A stretch of 63,760 nucleotides of DNA, the filler included, from Intoshia linei (taxonomy: Eukaryota; Animalia; Orthonectida), in assembly GCA_001642005.1 (NCBI GenBank). It is 5 parts of 5 records of this genome, joined end to end, with 100 filler letters (N's around TTAATTAATTAA, not from the genome) between each part and the next. Parts side by side here need not be neighbours in the genome. Positions count along the whole stretch, not along the records: positions 34,143 to 51,464 come from LWCA01000808.1; 4 more parts are not named here. One strand, 5' to 3'. Within the stretch, counting starts at the first letter, position 1; each line of letters starts with the position of its first letter. Below, in pieces: positions 37,886 to 49,783 of this stretch. The position numbers and the translations under genes are program-made. Below the pieces are notes generated by a model that ran no database searches, had not been told where the DNA came from, and was given only the letters and a program-made list of their open reading frames with translations.

Positions 37886-40800
37886 TTATTGTATTGAACA
37901 AGCTTGACTATATATTACTTTGTTGTGATTTTCTGAGACTGCCTTTCTCGATGGTTCATTATACCCCGATGCTCGTCTTTTCATTGCTTCAATCCATACA
38001 TTGTGTTCGAATTTTCCGCCGTTCATTGGCACTCTAGATGTTTTTTAGTTTATCACATTATTTAATTAATACTCGTCACGTCCAGGGTAAATTTTGATAT
38101 CATAGATGGCAAACACCGGTTGGTGGTCAGAGCTATTAACAGACGATACACTTTTGTATAGTATTATTTCTGAGTTCTTTTTTTCCATAGATCGAATCAA
38201 TATGCGATCCTAAACATAAAAAATTATTTAAAACCTGCCAGTCAATGGTTATTTGGGATTTATGTATTGGGTAGTCAAAAGTTAATAATGCCAATTTTTC
38301 ATGTGTATTAATTATAATTTTAAAATTCAGATATTTAGGGTGATAACAATAATGTGGTACTTATCGTGTTAATTTTATAATTTCCATTACAAGTCAAGTT
38401 TTTGAAATAATCATAAAAATAAAAATGAGTACCCTAAGAGGTCTCGGTAGGGTAATTTCGACTGTCAATATATGAAAATTACTGTAAAAGCTGGAGCTCG
38501 ATCTTCACAAAAATCTTTAGTATTGATTTTGTATTTATAGGTTGGTTTAAAGGTAATTTCACCTTCAATAAATTTATGAAATATTTTTTCTAAAAAATAT
38601 ATAATTTAAATTTAAATAGTTTAAAACTTTTTTTAATTGCTTTTAAAAGTTGATCTTTTCTAATAATTGTTTTTGTGTGCAATTCATGCACGTCTTTATC
38701 CATACGAAAATTTAAATCGCCGGCCCATATTGTATGATCAAATTTTGAGGTTACATTGTGATTACCTATTATGTATGCCTTATTACATATCGTTTATAAC
38801 AATCAGTACTGAACCTATCGTACCCGATGCATCCTCTTCGGGAAGAGGTTGGACTGGATGAAATTTGGTAAACTATGGGCCGAATTTTTCCAAATTGAGT
38901 ATAAAAAATATATTCTTAAATTTTTTCATAACTATTTGGTGTATTAAATTTAAAATGTCATTATAAAAAATAAATAAAAAAAAAATAATAATTTAAAAGA
39001 TATTATATTTATTTTTAATTCAAGTCTTGTAGGCGTCTATGGATATATAACAACGTATCGTTTGCAAAAAAAATAATAAGGCTAATTTTTCATTTTTGGT
39101 GACCTTGAGCTTGGTAGGTTCCGCTCTAATACCAGATATATCCTTACTTATATAATATGCTAGTCAATATTTTTTTGTGTGTATGTTACCGTTTAGTTCA
39201 GTAACTACCAGTCTTAGAATTTTATAAAGTCCACATTTAAATTACAGTTTTTTCCGGGATGTTAGCAAAATAAATTTCAACCTCCCGAACTCTCATCTTA
39301 CGAATCAAAAACCTTAATTGTCCTTTTTTTGAAAATCAAACGAGTTCGAGATTTTCAAAATATATATACTCTAATACAAATTTTAAATGATAATAACACG
39401 ATAACGATAATAAAAATGTTCCCTCGGCAGAGCTAAGTGATGTTTGTACGTAGTACATAACAGTCAACCTAGTATAAATATTAGGGTGTGAATTTCTTCA
39501 CTTTTTTGCGAAAATACAAAAGTGGCACCCCATACGTCGAAGATAGGGTTGAATGATACACAACTATCAAAAAATTTTATAAAAAGGATTAAAAAAACCC
39601 TGGGGCAAAGCACTTCAAAATATGAATAATGAGCAAAATTTAATTTATTTTGTATGGTAAATTTCATAATACAGTTCGACCCTGGTTTGGGGCAAACCTC
39701 GGCAGCGGGGCACTTTTTAAATATTTTATTAGTTTCATAGTATTATGTACTATTTCCTATAAATAAGTGTCAAATAAACCTCGTTTTGGGGCACTTTATT
39801 TTTTTACAAAAATTTTAAATGAAAATGGTGAACGATAAATTAAATCATGACACAAAATTGGATATAGCTCAATTATTAAAAGATAAAAAGTTACATTTGT
39901 TTTTATCAGATATTATGTAAATATTAAGTTGTTATTGTCTTGTCTCAATATTCATGCGTTTATCAAATTTTCAATTCTATTTATATTTTTTTTAACCCTC
40001 TACTACTCGCAGAGGACATTTTTGACCGTTTTTTATGAATGAAAATATTATATTTTGACATGAGCTATAACAAATAATTAAAACATCACATTTTTAGGAT
40101 TTAAATTGAGCTTAAATATAATACAATAACAAGTATTTGTATGATATTATGTAAGGTACAAATAAACATTACTAACGCTAAAGTTTTTTTTGATTTGATT
40201 ATTATTTAGTGAATACTAAAATTTACAATTCTATTTTTGTTCGCTGATTTATATTATGATTATGAAAGAAGATTTTGATACTTCTAGTGGATCAGAATGC
40301 GATAGTGAACATTTGATTGAAAGTGGTGCAGGAGGTGTTGACATTCTTGATGATTTATGTAACGAATACAATACAAAAAGGAAAACTAGAAGATGGCCTC
40401 ATTGTTTGTTTCAGGGAATATTTTGGCTGTAAACAGTTACATTATTTATAAATCGGGAAATGTATATATGCCGAGGAGATTATACTTGAGACAACTTGGA
40501 AAATCTCTATGTAACGAAAACAAATTATTGAGAAATTTATCTTTTCAACATTTATGTAATTTTTATATATAAATAGAATAATTATGAATTTTAGCTACAT
40601 CAATTGCTTTAAAAAGACGAAAATGTTATTTTTGTGTGACCAATGAGTTAAAAAAACTAATAATTTGCGCGGTCTACGTTTGCAAAAATCATTCAAATAT
40701 TGTATGTTCAAATTGCTGTAAAAACAAAGATTTATAAAACTAAATATATTAATCAGCGTCATATTTATTATTATCATTGTAATTAAATATTTTATGATAT

Positions 40801-43800
40801 GTAAATTTGTTTATTACATCATGTCACTTTTTCATTCATTAAAAACGGCCATTTTTGTCCTCTTGCGACTGTTTACGTCTTGAAAAAGCGCGACTAGTAA
40901 AGGGTTAATACTATAAAAATCTATTTTTTAAATAAATGCTTAATTTTTTGTGATATACCTCATCAACGAATCTTTATCAACTTTCTTACTATAATTAAAT
41001 ACTATCATCGTTCAATTAATTTAATACATACTAGAATATTATCATTACCCTCAGTTTTTGGGGCACTTTTCAAAAAAGGTGCCCCACCACGGGGGTTATA
41101 CTGTAATAATTATTTTCATAACAATTAATTTTCTTTATATTTATTCCGTTTTCTCATTGGAATCGGTTTTTTTATCAATTCGGTGTTCATGATTCGCTAG
41201 ACGATAATTTTGAGCATCTTTATAGCTATTTGTATGAAAAAATTTATATTTAAAATAATATTTTTAAGAAAATTGTCTTATATTAGTTACTGTAAGCGAT
41301 ATATTGTTCAAAAGTTTATAGGTATGCCTAGGGTTTTTTTTAACAGTTGAGAGGTAAAATTATGTGCAAATTGAATATTTTCAAAATGTTCATATGATGG
41401 ACAAAAGTCAATACTAATTTAATAAACTCGGTTATAAATATTATACGTTATCATAAATTAATGCACAAATGTATATAAGATGTAATATAATTTAAGAGTG
41501 CGCATTGCGCAGTAGTCAAATTAATTAATTATTTTATTTACCTAAATTATAAGGGCTTCTATTTTTAATTTTGTTGGGTAAATTTAATGATGAAGAGATG
41601 ACATTATAGTCTTGAAGACGTTTTTCATTGTTTTTAACGTGTGGAGTTAAATGACTATTAACAAATAAAAATGTTGTTCCAAATAATTGGAAACATGTGG
41701 CTTGCCCACCCTTGGTTTTATATTCCTTGGGACCAAAACGAACTGATTTAAAATCCATTTCTGCTTCTAAATTGTATCAATTAAATTAAATATCGAATGA
41801 TTACAATGTATATATTACCACTGCAATACCATATTAATTCTCGACGTATGAAAATTAGTTGGTATAGCATTCCAATACAATAATTGTTGTATAATACATA
41901 TTCAGATCCCAACATTTGTTGTATTGTTAGAGCAAAATTTATTCTAATGTGTATTATAAACTTTCAAAATTATTAACATTAAAAATTAAATTCTCATGTG
42001 AAATCAGTGATGACGTGCCACAGGTGTCCGGGGGACCACATACTATCGTCTATGATAAATTGTTCAATGAACAGTGTTCATGTACTACTGTTTCAATTCT
42101 TATATTTGTAGATATATAACTAACTTAATAGCTGAAAGTCCTTATTCCGGAATATATTAATTATAATTATTAATATATATATATTAATATTATTCCGGAA
42201 TCCGACTTATATTAATTAAAAAACATTTTAAGCAACTTTTACGTAGAAAAGGTATTATTTATCAATTAAACTGTTTATAATTAATCTTAAATCTTACAAA
42301 TAATAAAATCGAAAAAAGTATAAAGTATCCAAACATATAAGAATCAATGTGTTTAATTATTTCAAACATTACATGAGTACATACAAAATCTTCATCTATG
42401 GAACTTAAATGATAATAAAATCCAAATGTTTGAATAATAATAGCAACGAATATTTTTTTATGTATCCAACAAGAATGGCATACAATTTCTGAAAGAGAAT
42501 GGACCCATATATAGTCTGCAATGGATATTTTTGTGTAATATATAAAAATTTTCATATGATTTTCTATGTATGCATCGTCTAATTCGATATTATCGTAATG
42601 ATCTATAACAATATGGACCATAATAATAACGATCGGCACAATAATGTTCCAAAATAAAAATGCACACATTTGATAAGTTGGATTAATTTTTTGTGAAAAT
42701 GACCATGTGTCGAAATATTGAACTATAGATGTATAATCATTTTGATTCATCCCTATAACTAACAAAAGCCTCATTATTAAAAAATCACCAACATTATACA
42801 GCCAATATTTAATTAATATAATTATAATCGGAAAGAATAATTGATACATTAAAAGAGATAATGTAACTTGTAACCTAAGACTTTGTTTGAAATAAAAGTT
42901 TTTTACAGTATTTATTGATATACCAATAATCTTTCTGGAATAGATGCATCTTTCTAACTTTGTACAGTAGTACACGATTAAGAGATTAATCAATAATATG
43001 GTTATAAATTTTTTTGACATTTTCTTTATATTTTAAACAAACTTACAAAAATAAACATATTATTTTTTTGTAATGTCAATATAACATTTACATTCAATTT
43101 AACGTAATTTATATTAAATTATACTAGCTTGACTGTTATGTACTACGTACAAACAGCACCTAGCTGTGTCGAGGGCACATTTTTATTATACCAAAAAAAT
43201 AAATTCATGTTAAAAATCTAACTTAAAAATCCTACTATTCACTATTATCAATCCTTTAAAAGAGTGAAAAATAAATTCACGTTGAAAATCTAATTTAAAA
43301 ATCCTACTATTCACTATTATCAATCCTTTAAAGGAGTGGTTCCCAAATTTGTTTCAAGTGGAACCATCATATGACATTACTTTTTACTTTAAAGTGAATT
43401 ATTCCATCTTAATTTTTTGTTTAACATTTGCGTAAACAATTTTAAAAACAATTGCTATCCCATTTTTTTAATTTATTAGACAGAATGTGTCTATAATATT
43501 AAAAATAAACTAAAAACAGTCCAATCCTAAAAATTGTCATAAATATCATAAATTCCATAAAAAATAAAATCATAAAAACCTATTGTGTCATTTATAATGT
43601 GATAACATATATTCAGTACCAATTTAATATATATTTAAAAATACTTATTGTGTATGAATAATTATTGATAATTATATTATAATTTAATTATAATTAACTG
43701 AATCTTCACTTTATAAACATTTCAGTCGAATGTTACCATTATTGCAAAGGATTGTAATATAAAAATAATATTAACAAAGTTATATTAGTTTTGTTATTTA

Positions 43801-46650
43801 ATTTCTTAATTAAATTTGAATGTTTAAATAAAAAATGTTTTAAAAATGAAAATTTGAAATTTAAAAATTGCGTAGCAATGAAAAAAATTCCGAAGGAATG
43901 AATTATGTAGATTTTCACACATATGTCTTGATTGGAAATGTGTAGACGTACAATGCACATTTTTTTTGAAATTGTAGGATCAATATTGTAAATGTAAATT
44001 GTAAAATTTAATACAAAATAGTTAAAATCTTATCAAAAAATCAATTTTTACAACTGAAATGAATTCATTATTTTTTTAATTAAATATTTTCTAAAAATTA
44101 CATTTCAATTAAAAAATGGGTTTACTAAATAGTTATATGATAGTATAATATATATATATATATAATAATATATAATAGTATATCAGTAAGTAGAATAGAA
44201 TATAAAGACAATTTTTATAGGCGTAATCTACATTCCCCTTTTTTAAATAAATCTATTTTCCATCGGTGATAGAATATTGTGTGGTATTTTTTTAGATTTT
44301 TAATCTAAAATTTATCCTAAAAATAATTTTTTCATTGAATAATTATGAAATCACCGTAAAAAAATCTCATAAATATTATAATTTGATAAAAAAAATTTAA
44401 GATGTAAAATTTTTTCCAAATATTATTTACAAGTATTTACACAATTGATAATGAAATACAATTTAAGGGGGATTTAATTAAATTAAATTTAACTTAAAAG
44501 GTAATGTGAAATTCAAGTTTAGGAACTACACCTTTAAAGGATTAATAATAGTGAGTAACCCTCATAGCATTTTTAATTAAGATTATACTATTGAATTTAT
44601 TTTTTTGGTAGAATTAACAAAGTTCGCCCTCGGCAGAGCTAGGATACTGTATCTGCAAAGTACATAACAGCCAATTACAATAATTTATACAAATAAAAAT
44701 TACATATTTATGACTGCTTCTTGTACATTTATCACATAAATATCACTAAGATGATCAACTTTCATAGGCATAATAAAGTGATTAAAGGTGAGAGGCAATT
44801 CCTAAAAAACAACAAAGTAATAAACACATTTTTGAATTAAATAAACGTCATATCATAGCCTGCTATGTTTTTTGTACAAAATCCCTATCTCTGCATATAC
44901 TATACTATCCTTACTTATATAATATGCTTTGTTTCTGTGTGTATGTTATTGTTTATTTCAATAACTACCAGTCTTAGAAATTTATAAAGTCCACACTTCA
45001 ATTACATTTTTTCCGGGACGTATAATAAGATAAATTTCAACCTCCCAAATTCACATCTTATGTGTCAAAAAGCCGAATTGTCTGTTTTTTTGAAAATCAA
45101 ACGAGTTTGAGAATTTAAAAAATATACGATTTGATACAGATTTTAAAATCATAAATATTATCGTAAATTTAAATTTAAAAAAATGATATCTTCAGGGCCA
45201 AAACCCCAAATTACCTTTTTTTTTTAATGAAAACAGCCCTAGAATTTCAAAAAAAATTTTAAGGCCGTACAGTTGTATCCTGTTAACACACTTAAAAAAA
45301 TTCGATCCGAATAAGTGACGACTTTACGGTGAAAAAAGCATTTTAGTATTCATATATTTTTTTTCCGAAATATTTTATTAAAACAAAAAATGATAAATAA
45401 TTAACGGTCCGAAAAGTAAAAAATACATCAGTAAACATTCCTAAACCTAAAAGTTAACTTCTCTAAAAGATATAAAAACAAAAAATTAGTCGCCAAACAA
45501 TTTGGGAAAGCAAAAATTGATAGAATTTAATTTTTAAAAAAAATATAAATTTTCATAAATTCATCAATATTTTCACTCATCTCTCCAAATTTTCACCGAA
45601 TCTAAATAGGTAATGTAGTTGGTTATATTTGTACAAACCAAATTTTTCCGATATGGGTGCGTAGTACGAACTTTGTACAGTGAAAAATTTGAGAACCGTT
45701 GTTAAAATCATAAAAAAATAAAAAATACTGTAGTTTGAGCCATATTCCATGTCCCGACAAAAACTCTCATTACGTGATCTGGAAAGAATCTTTCCAGTTC
45801 ATTTATTCCCAAAAGTGAATTATCGCCATTGATAATACCATACAAGTAGGAACTAAATAGTAAACATAGAAATGCTAAAAAAAAATTACGAATTTCGAGC
45901 ATCATTGGTATGAATGACAGACAAGGAGTTGTTGGTAAATTTTGTCTTGAAATTATTATTTTTTGGTGAATGTTGTAGGGAAGGATTTATGTTTTTGTTT
46001 TTGTAAATATTTTTATTTTTTTTTAGTTTTTTCTTCTTTTTGCTAGAATCAGAATCTGAATCGGTTGAATATTTGTTCCGATGATGTTTTTTATGATAAT
46101 CACTTTTACTACTATTCGACGAGGATGAAGATGAAGATTGTCTCATAAAACTAATTTTCTTTTTCTTTTTAAAGTCATGTTTATTGTTATTTTTCTTTTT
46201 CACATCATATTCATCTTCCGAAAACTCTGAACTATTATCAGAGTCATACGAAGAGGTTTTCTTTCTATGTTTTTTATTCGTCTTACCTCTGTAATCTTTA
46301 TCTACATATTGAGCTAGTAATTCTTCATCGTCCTCATTCAAAAATTTTACATTTTCTTGTCTAGGTTTTATTTTCATTTTCATCCTAGGGATCAATTTTG
46401 ATTTTGTTTGAATGGGTTCATTTAAATCTATGTCACTGTCACTATCTGATGAACTATCCATGTAATTTTTACTGCCCATATTTCTACTAGGAATTCGATT
46501 GTCTCTAAATGATGAATAACCTTTTAAACCAGTACTTTTAATTGGATTCTTTTTGAAGTGTACATGTTTATGATCTGTATCACTGACGCTTCTCCCATGT
46601 CTGTTATTATAGTCTGCAGATAAAGTTTTTGTTAATTTTCCTTTTTTCAT
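37886..46650 (-). CDS. INPP5E: Inositol polyphosphate 5-phosphatase E (ciliary)
   Basis: Exons ~45890-46650 (K/S/D-rich), 45728-45855 (RVFVGTWNM), 44704-44801 (ELPLTF..DIYVINVQE), 41820-41943 (IFIRRELIWYCS), 41542-41767 (KTKGG..FGTTFLFVNSHL), 38628-38765 (IWAGDLNFR), 38484-38589 (FKPTYKY..RAPAFT), 38073-38209 (DRIL..SSDHQPV), 37886-38033 ending in CaaX CSIQ*. Confidence 0.92.
38804..39128. mobile_element. Degenerate hAT-like MITE, family B (related ends at ~2310 and ~24464)
   Basis: CAGTACTGAACCTATCGTACCCGA recurs as CAGTGCCGAACCTATCGTACCCGA (~2310) and CAGTGCCGAATCTACTGTATCCGA (~24463); inverted degenerate end GGTAGGTTCCGCTCT at ~39113-39127. Confidence 0.5.
39141..39472 (+). mobile_element. 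Complete minimal non-autonomous Helitron (332 bp)
   Basis: A|TCCTTACTTATATAATATGC ... TGTTTGTACGTAGTACATAACA hairpin, then CTAG|T. Inserted in an AT dinucleotide with no TSD. Confidence 0.88.
39672..41103. mobile_element. pogo/Tc1-mariner-like non-autonomous element hosting a piggyBac insertion
   Basis: TA|CAGTTCGACCCTGGTTTGGGGCA ... TGCCCCACCACGGGGGTTATACTG|TA (degenerate TIRs, TA TSD); internal GGGGCACTTT repeats near both ends. Confidence 0.5.
39996..40904 (+). mobile_element. Internally deleted piggyBac element
   Basis: TTAA TSD on both sides; TIR CCCTCTACTACTCGC / GCGACTAGTAAAGGG (13/15); subterminal inverted repeat; remnant peptides GGVDILDDLCNEYNTKRKTRRWP and Cys-rich KRRKCYFC...VCKNHSNIVCSNC. 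Confidence 0.9.
42262..43020 (-). CDS. Orphan intronless multi-pass membrane protein nested in INPP5E intron (same strand)
   Basis: 252-codon ATG-to-stop ORF in very AT-rich DNA, with ~5 hydrophobic segments. No family recognised. Confidence 0.55.
   Translation of the reverse strand: MSKKFITILLINLLIVYYCTKLERCIYSRKIIGISINTVKNFYFKQSLRLQVTLSLLMYQLFFPIIIILIKYWLYNVGDFLIMRLLLVIGMNQNDYTSIVQYFDTWSFSQKINPTYQMCAFLFWNIIVPIVIIMVHIVIDHYDNIELDDAYIENHMKIFIYYTKISIADYIWVHSLSEIVCHSCWIHKKIFVAIIIQTFGFYYHLSSIDEDFVCTHVMFEIIKHIDSYMFGYFILFSILLFVRFKINYKQFN
43124..43990 (-). mobile_element. Helitron, 3' part with ~70-bp internal tandem duplication
   Basis: A|CTAGCTTGACTGTTATGTACTACGTACAAACAGCACCTAG terminus; duplicated AAATAAATTCA..CAATCCTTTAAA block at ~43196-43332. 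Confidence 0.8.
44500..44675 (+). mobile_element. Helitron 3' end fragment
   Basis: GCCCTCGGCAGAGCTAGGATACTGTATCTGCAAAGTACATAACAGCCAA, a degenerate family terminus. Confidence 0.55.
44908..45425 (+). mobile_element. Helitron, 5' part
   Basis: A|TCCTTACTTATATAATATGC start; collinear with the 39141, 48500 and 52531 copies. Confidence 0.75.
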
Positions 46651-46990
46651 ATCGGAACAACAGAATGTGATGCTTTAACTTTTAAAATTCAATCCCAATA
46701 ATGAAATTGTAATATGTTAACATATTTATATTGGTATTCTCCAAAATAGCTAAAATTTGTCTTGTATTTGTCAATTTTTATTGTGTCGTTAATAAATATA
46801 ATCAGTTGTTCTATAAAATAAAACATTACTAGATTATCAATTTCAATTTTTTGTTTTAAATGAATTACATATTGGATACAAAATAAACATTACAAATTGT
46901 TTTAGAATTTAGTATTAATATTATATCTTAATTATACTTAAAATATACTTAAAATTTTCATAAAAATGAAATTACATAACAATACCGTAG

Positions 46991-48484
46991 TTAGGGGTGT
47001 AAGTCAAATTTTAATATGAAAAGTACACCTACTCATATTATAAGAAATTTTTGTGTCTTCCATTTGAATCTAATCTTGCTTTACACTTCTTTTAAAAAAC
47101 GTTGGCGCTATGACTTTAAAGTTTTGAAGATATTATCGTTTATCGTAACTAATATTAAAATTCATAATACACATTTTTTCGATTTTGATAAACCAAAATT
47201 TGAGTTGAAGTTTAAAAAGTTTATTGAGCATATAAAAATAATTTATTTTTAATAGAATTGAATATCGTTATAATGTCAAAAATCCGTGCATATGGAAATT
47301 TTATTGATCAACCTCTGTTTGAAAAGCAGTCTTCCTACAAATGCTGATATTTTAAGACGCTATCACTATCACTACTGAATTAATACATTTGTGGAAAAAA
47401 TGTAGTATGCCTCATCAAAATATAAGACAGGTTATAAGAAAAATCAATACCTGCATTAAAATGTATAAATATTACAATACAAAAAAAGGAGGAAAACAGA
47501 AAATTAAATATTAAAAATTCATGTACAAAATTATTCGCCTTTAAAACCAATCTATTTATTTGCATGGAAGATGAAAAGTTTTTTCAATTACAAAGTGATA
47601 CAGATTGCAATGTTGGTAGAGTATCAAATATAGTCGAAATGATTAATATTCATCCACCCAAAATAAAAATAACAGAAAAAAGGGAATGCAAATGCGAACC
47701 AATTATAAATTTTTCTGATACTGAAATAAAATATGAGAATGATTTTAATTACATCCCATCTGATACCAAAAAAATAAATATATTAAATGAAAAAGAATTG
47801 GCCAACATTTCAGAAAATACTGGAATTTCAATGAAATCAACATTCACTGTAGCAAATGCAATATTTGATGAATTAAAATTAATTTCACGGATATAATAAA
47901 ACAAATAAAATCCTCTTTAATTGAAACAATCAACTTACAACTTATTGATGCACTTAAACAGGATATTACAGGATATTTATTATGTTTTGGCGGAAAAACT
48001 TATAAAAATATACATTACTTGGTAATTGCTGTAAAGGGGAGTTACTTAGTAGAATTATTGTCTTAAAAATAATAAAGAATGGAAAATCTCAAACAAATTT
48101 AATTTTTTAATGGAGGTTATATTAATATATCAGTTTAATATCCATGAAAACATTAAAGGGTTGATGTGCGATACCATAGCTGTAAATACAGGATCCAAGA
48201 ATGGTGTTTTTTGTCGCTTAAAAGTAATATTCCCAAATATTATATATTACCATTGTCGTTTACATGTTCTCGACAGGTTACTGTATCATTACATGGAAGA
48301 AATGTTCCCAACTACCTCATCTTCTTTTAATTTGGATTATTATTTTATAAACACACTGAGAGATCAATTTGACGTTTTACTGTCTAACTATACAACACTA
48401 GATGTATTTAATTGGAAATATTCTCTCATGAACCGAAATGATTATAGCGAACTTTCATTGTTAATTAAATCATACATTTCATGA
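46991..48484 (+). pseudogene. Decayed hAT-superfamily (hATm-like) transposase with putative left terminus
   Basis: Fragments SLPTNADILRRYHY, LLCFGGK, IKGLMCDTIAVNTGSKNGVFCRL...YYHCRLHVLDRLL (DT..NTG.KNG and CxxH motifs), broken by stops and frameshifts. TTAGGGGTG at 46991; truncated by a Helitron at ~48500. Confidence 0.6.
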
Positions 48485-48499
48485 CAACTAACAATAATC

Positions 48500-49360
48500 C
48501 TATTCTAACTTATAATATGCTACGCGTCTTAGAATTTTTTAAAGACCACATTTCAATTCCAGTTTTTTTCGGGACGTATATTAAGATAAATTCCAACCTC
48601 CCAATTTCACATCTTACGGGTCAAACCCTGTTGTCTCTCTTTTTGAAGAGCAAACGAGTTGGAGAATTTAAAAAAATATATCAATTGTCCTTCTTTTTGA
48701 AATCAAACGAGTTGGAGAATTTAAAAAAAGTATAGTTTTTTTCGGGACATATAATAAGATAAATTTCAACCTCCCAATTTCACATCTTACGGGTCAAAAA
48801 CCCCAGTTGTCCTCTTTTTGAAAATCAAACGAGTTAAAGAATTTAAAAAAATATATACGCTAATGCGGATTTTAGAATCATAAACATTATCATAAATTTA
48901 GATTTAAAAAAATTATATCTTCAGGGCCAAAATCCCAAATTCCCCTTCCTTTTTTTTTTGAAAACAGGCCTAGAATTTAAAAAAATTTACAGGTGGTACA
49001 GTTGTATCCCGTTAACACACATAAAAAATTTCAATCCGAATAAGTGACGACTTTACGGTCAAAAAAGCATTTTAGTATTCATATTTTTTTTTCTGAGACA
49101 TTTTAATAAAACAAAAAATGTGAAATAATTAACAGCCCAAAAATCAAAAAAAAAAATTATTCTGATAGAGCTTATTCTAGTTAATATAAATACAAAATTT
49201 CAACCCCAGAAATCTACGCATTTCTGGTGAAAAATAATTTTTAATATATTATCAACCAATATTTTTCAAATATTTCGATTAAAATTGAAAATGTAAATAT
49301 TGATCTTACAATTTCAAAAAAAATGTGGATTGTACGTCTACACATTTCCAATTAAACAAT
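48500..49360 (+). mobile_element. Helitron, 5' and internal part with internal duplications
   Basis: TCTAACTTATAATATGCTACGCG start; repeated TTCGGGAC..AAGATAAATT..CACATCTTACGGGTCAAA module. Confidence 0.72.
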
Positions 49361-49783
49361 AATTTAATTTTTTTTTGTCTAAACTTTAGGGAAACCCCTC
49401 TGTCCGTTGAACTTTTTAATAAAAATTTTATAGGTGTTATCAATAAAAGTACTTGAATAGAATCTATTCGTGTAATTGGAAAAAATTTTTTATTGGGAAG
49501 CTTTTCTGTAAATGATACTAATATTTGCATTTTTATGGTTGTTGATATTTTCCATAGATACATCAGAAACTATTTGGTTTATATCTTTCTTCAACGAACG
49601 AATTCAGAAAAAATAAAAAATTCCATGTATGCCCATCCGACCTGGCTATATTTTCTATTAGTCACATTCTGGGATGTCGAAAAAAAGTTCCAATTTGTCG
49701 CACAATCTAATAAACGTAATTGAATCATTGCAGTGCAACAAATAATTTCAATTGTTAACATTTTCTATAATATAATTATTTTT

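Noticed and set aside
42007-42136. GTGATGA ... CTGA, a C/D-box snoRNA-like pair
   Set aside because: Antisense to the host intron, long spacing, and no recognisable rRNA guide.
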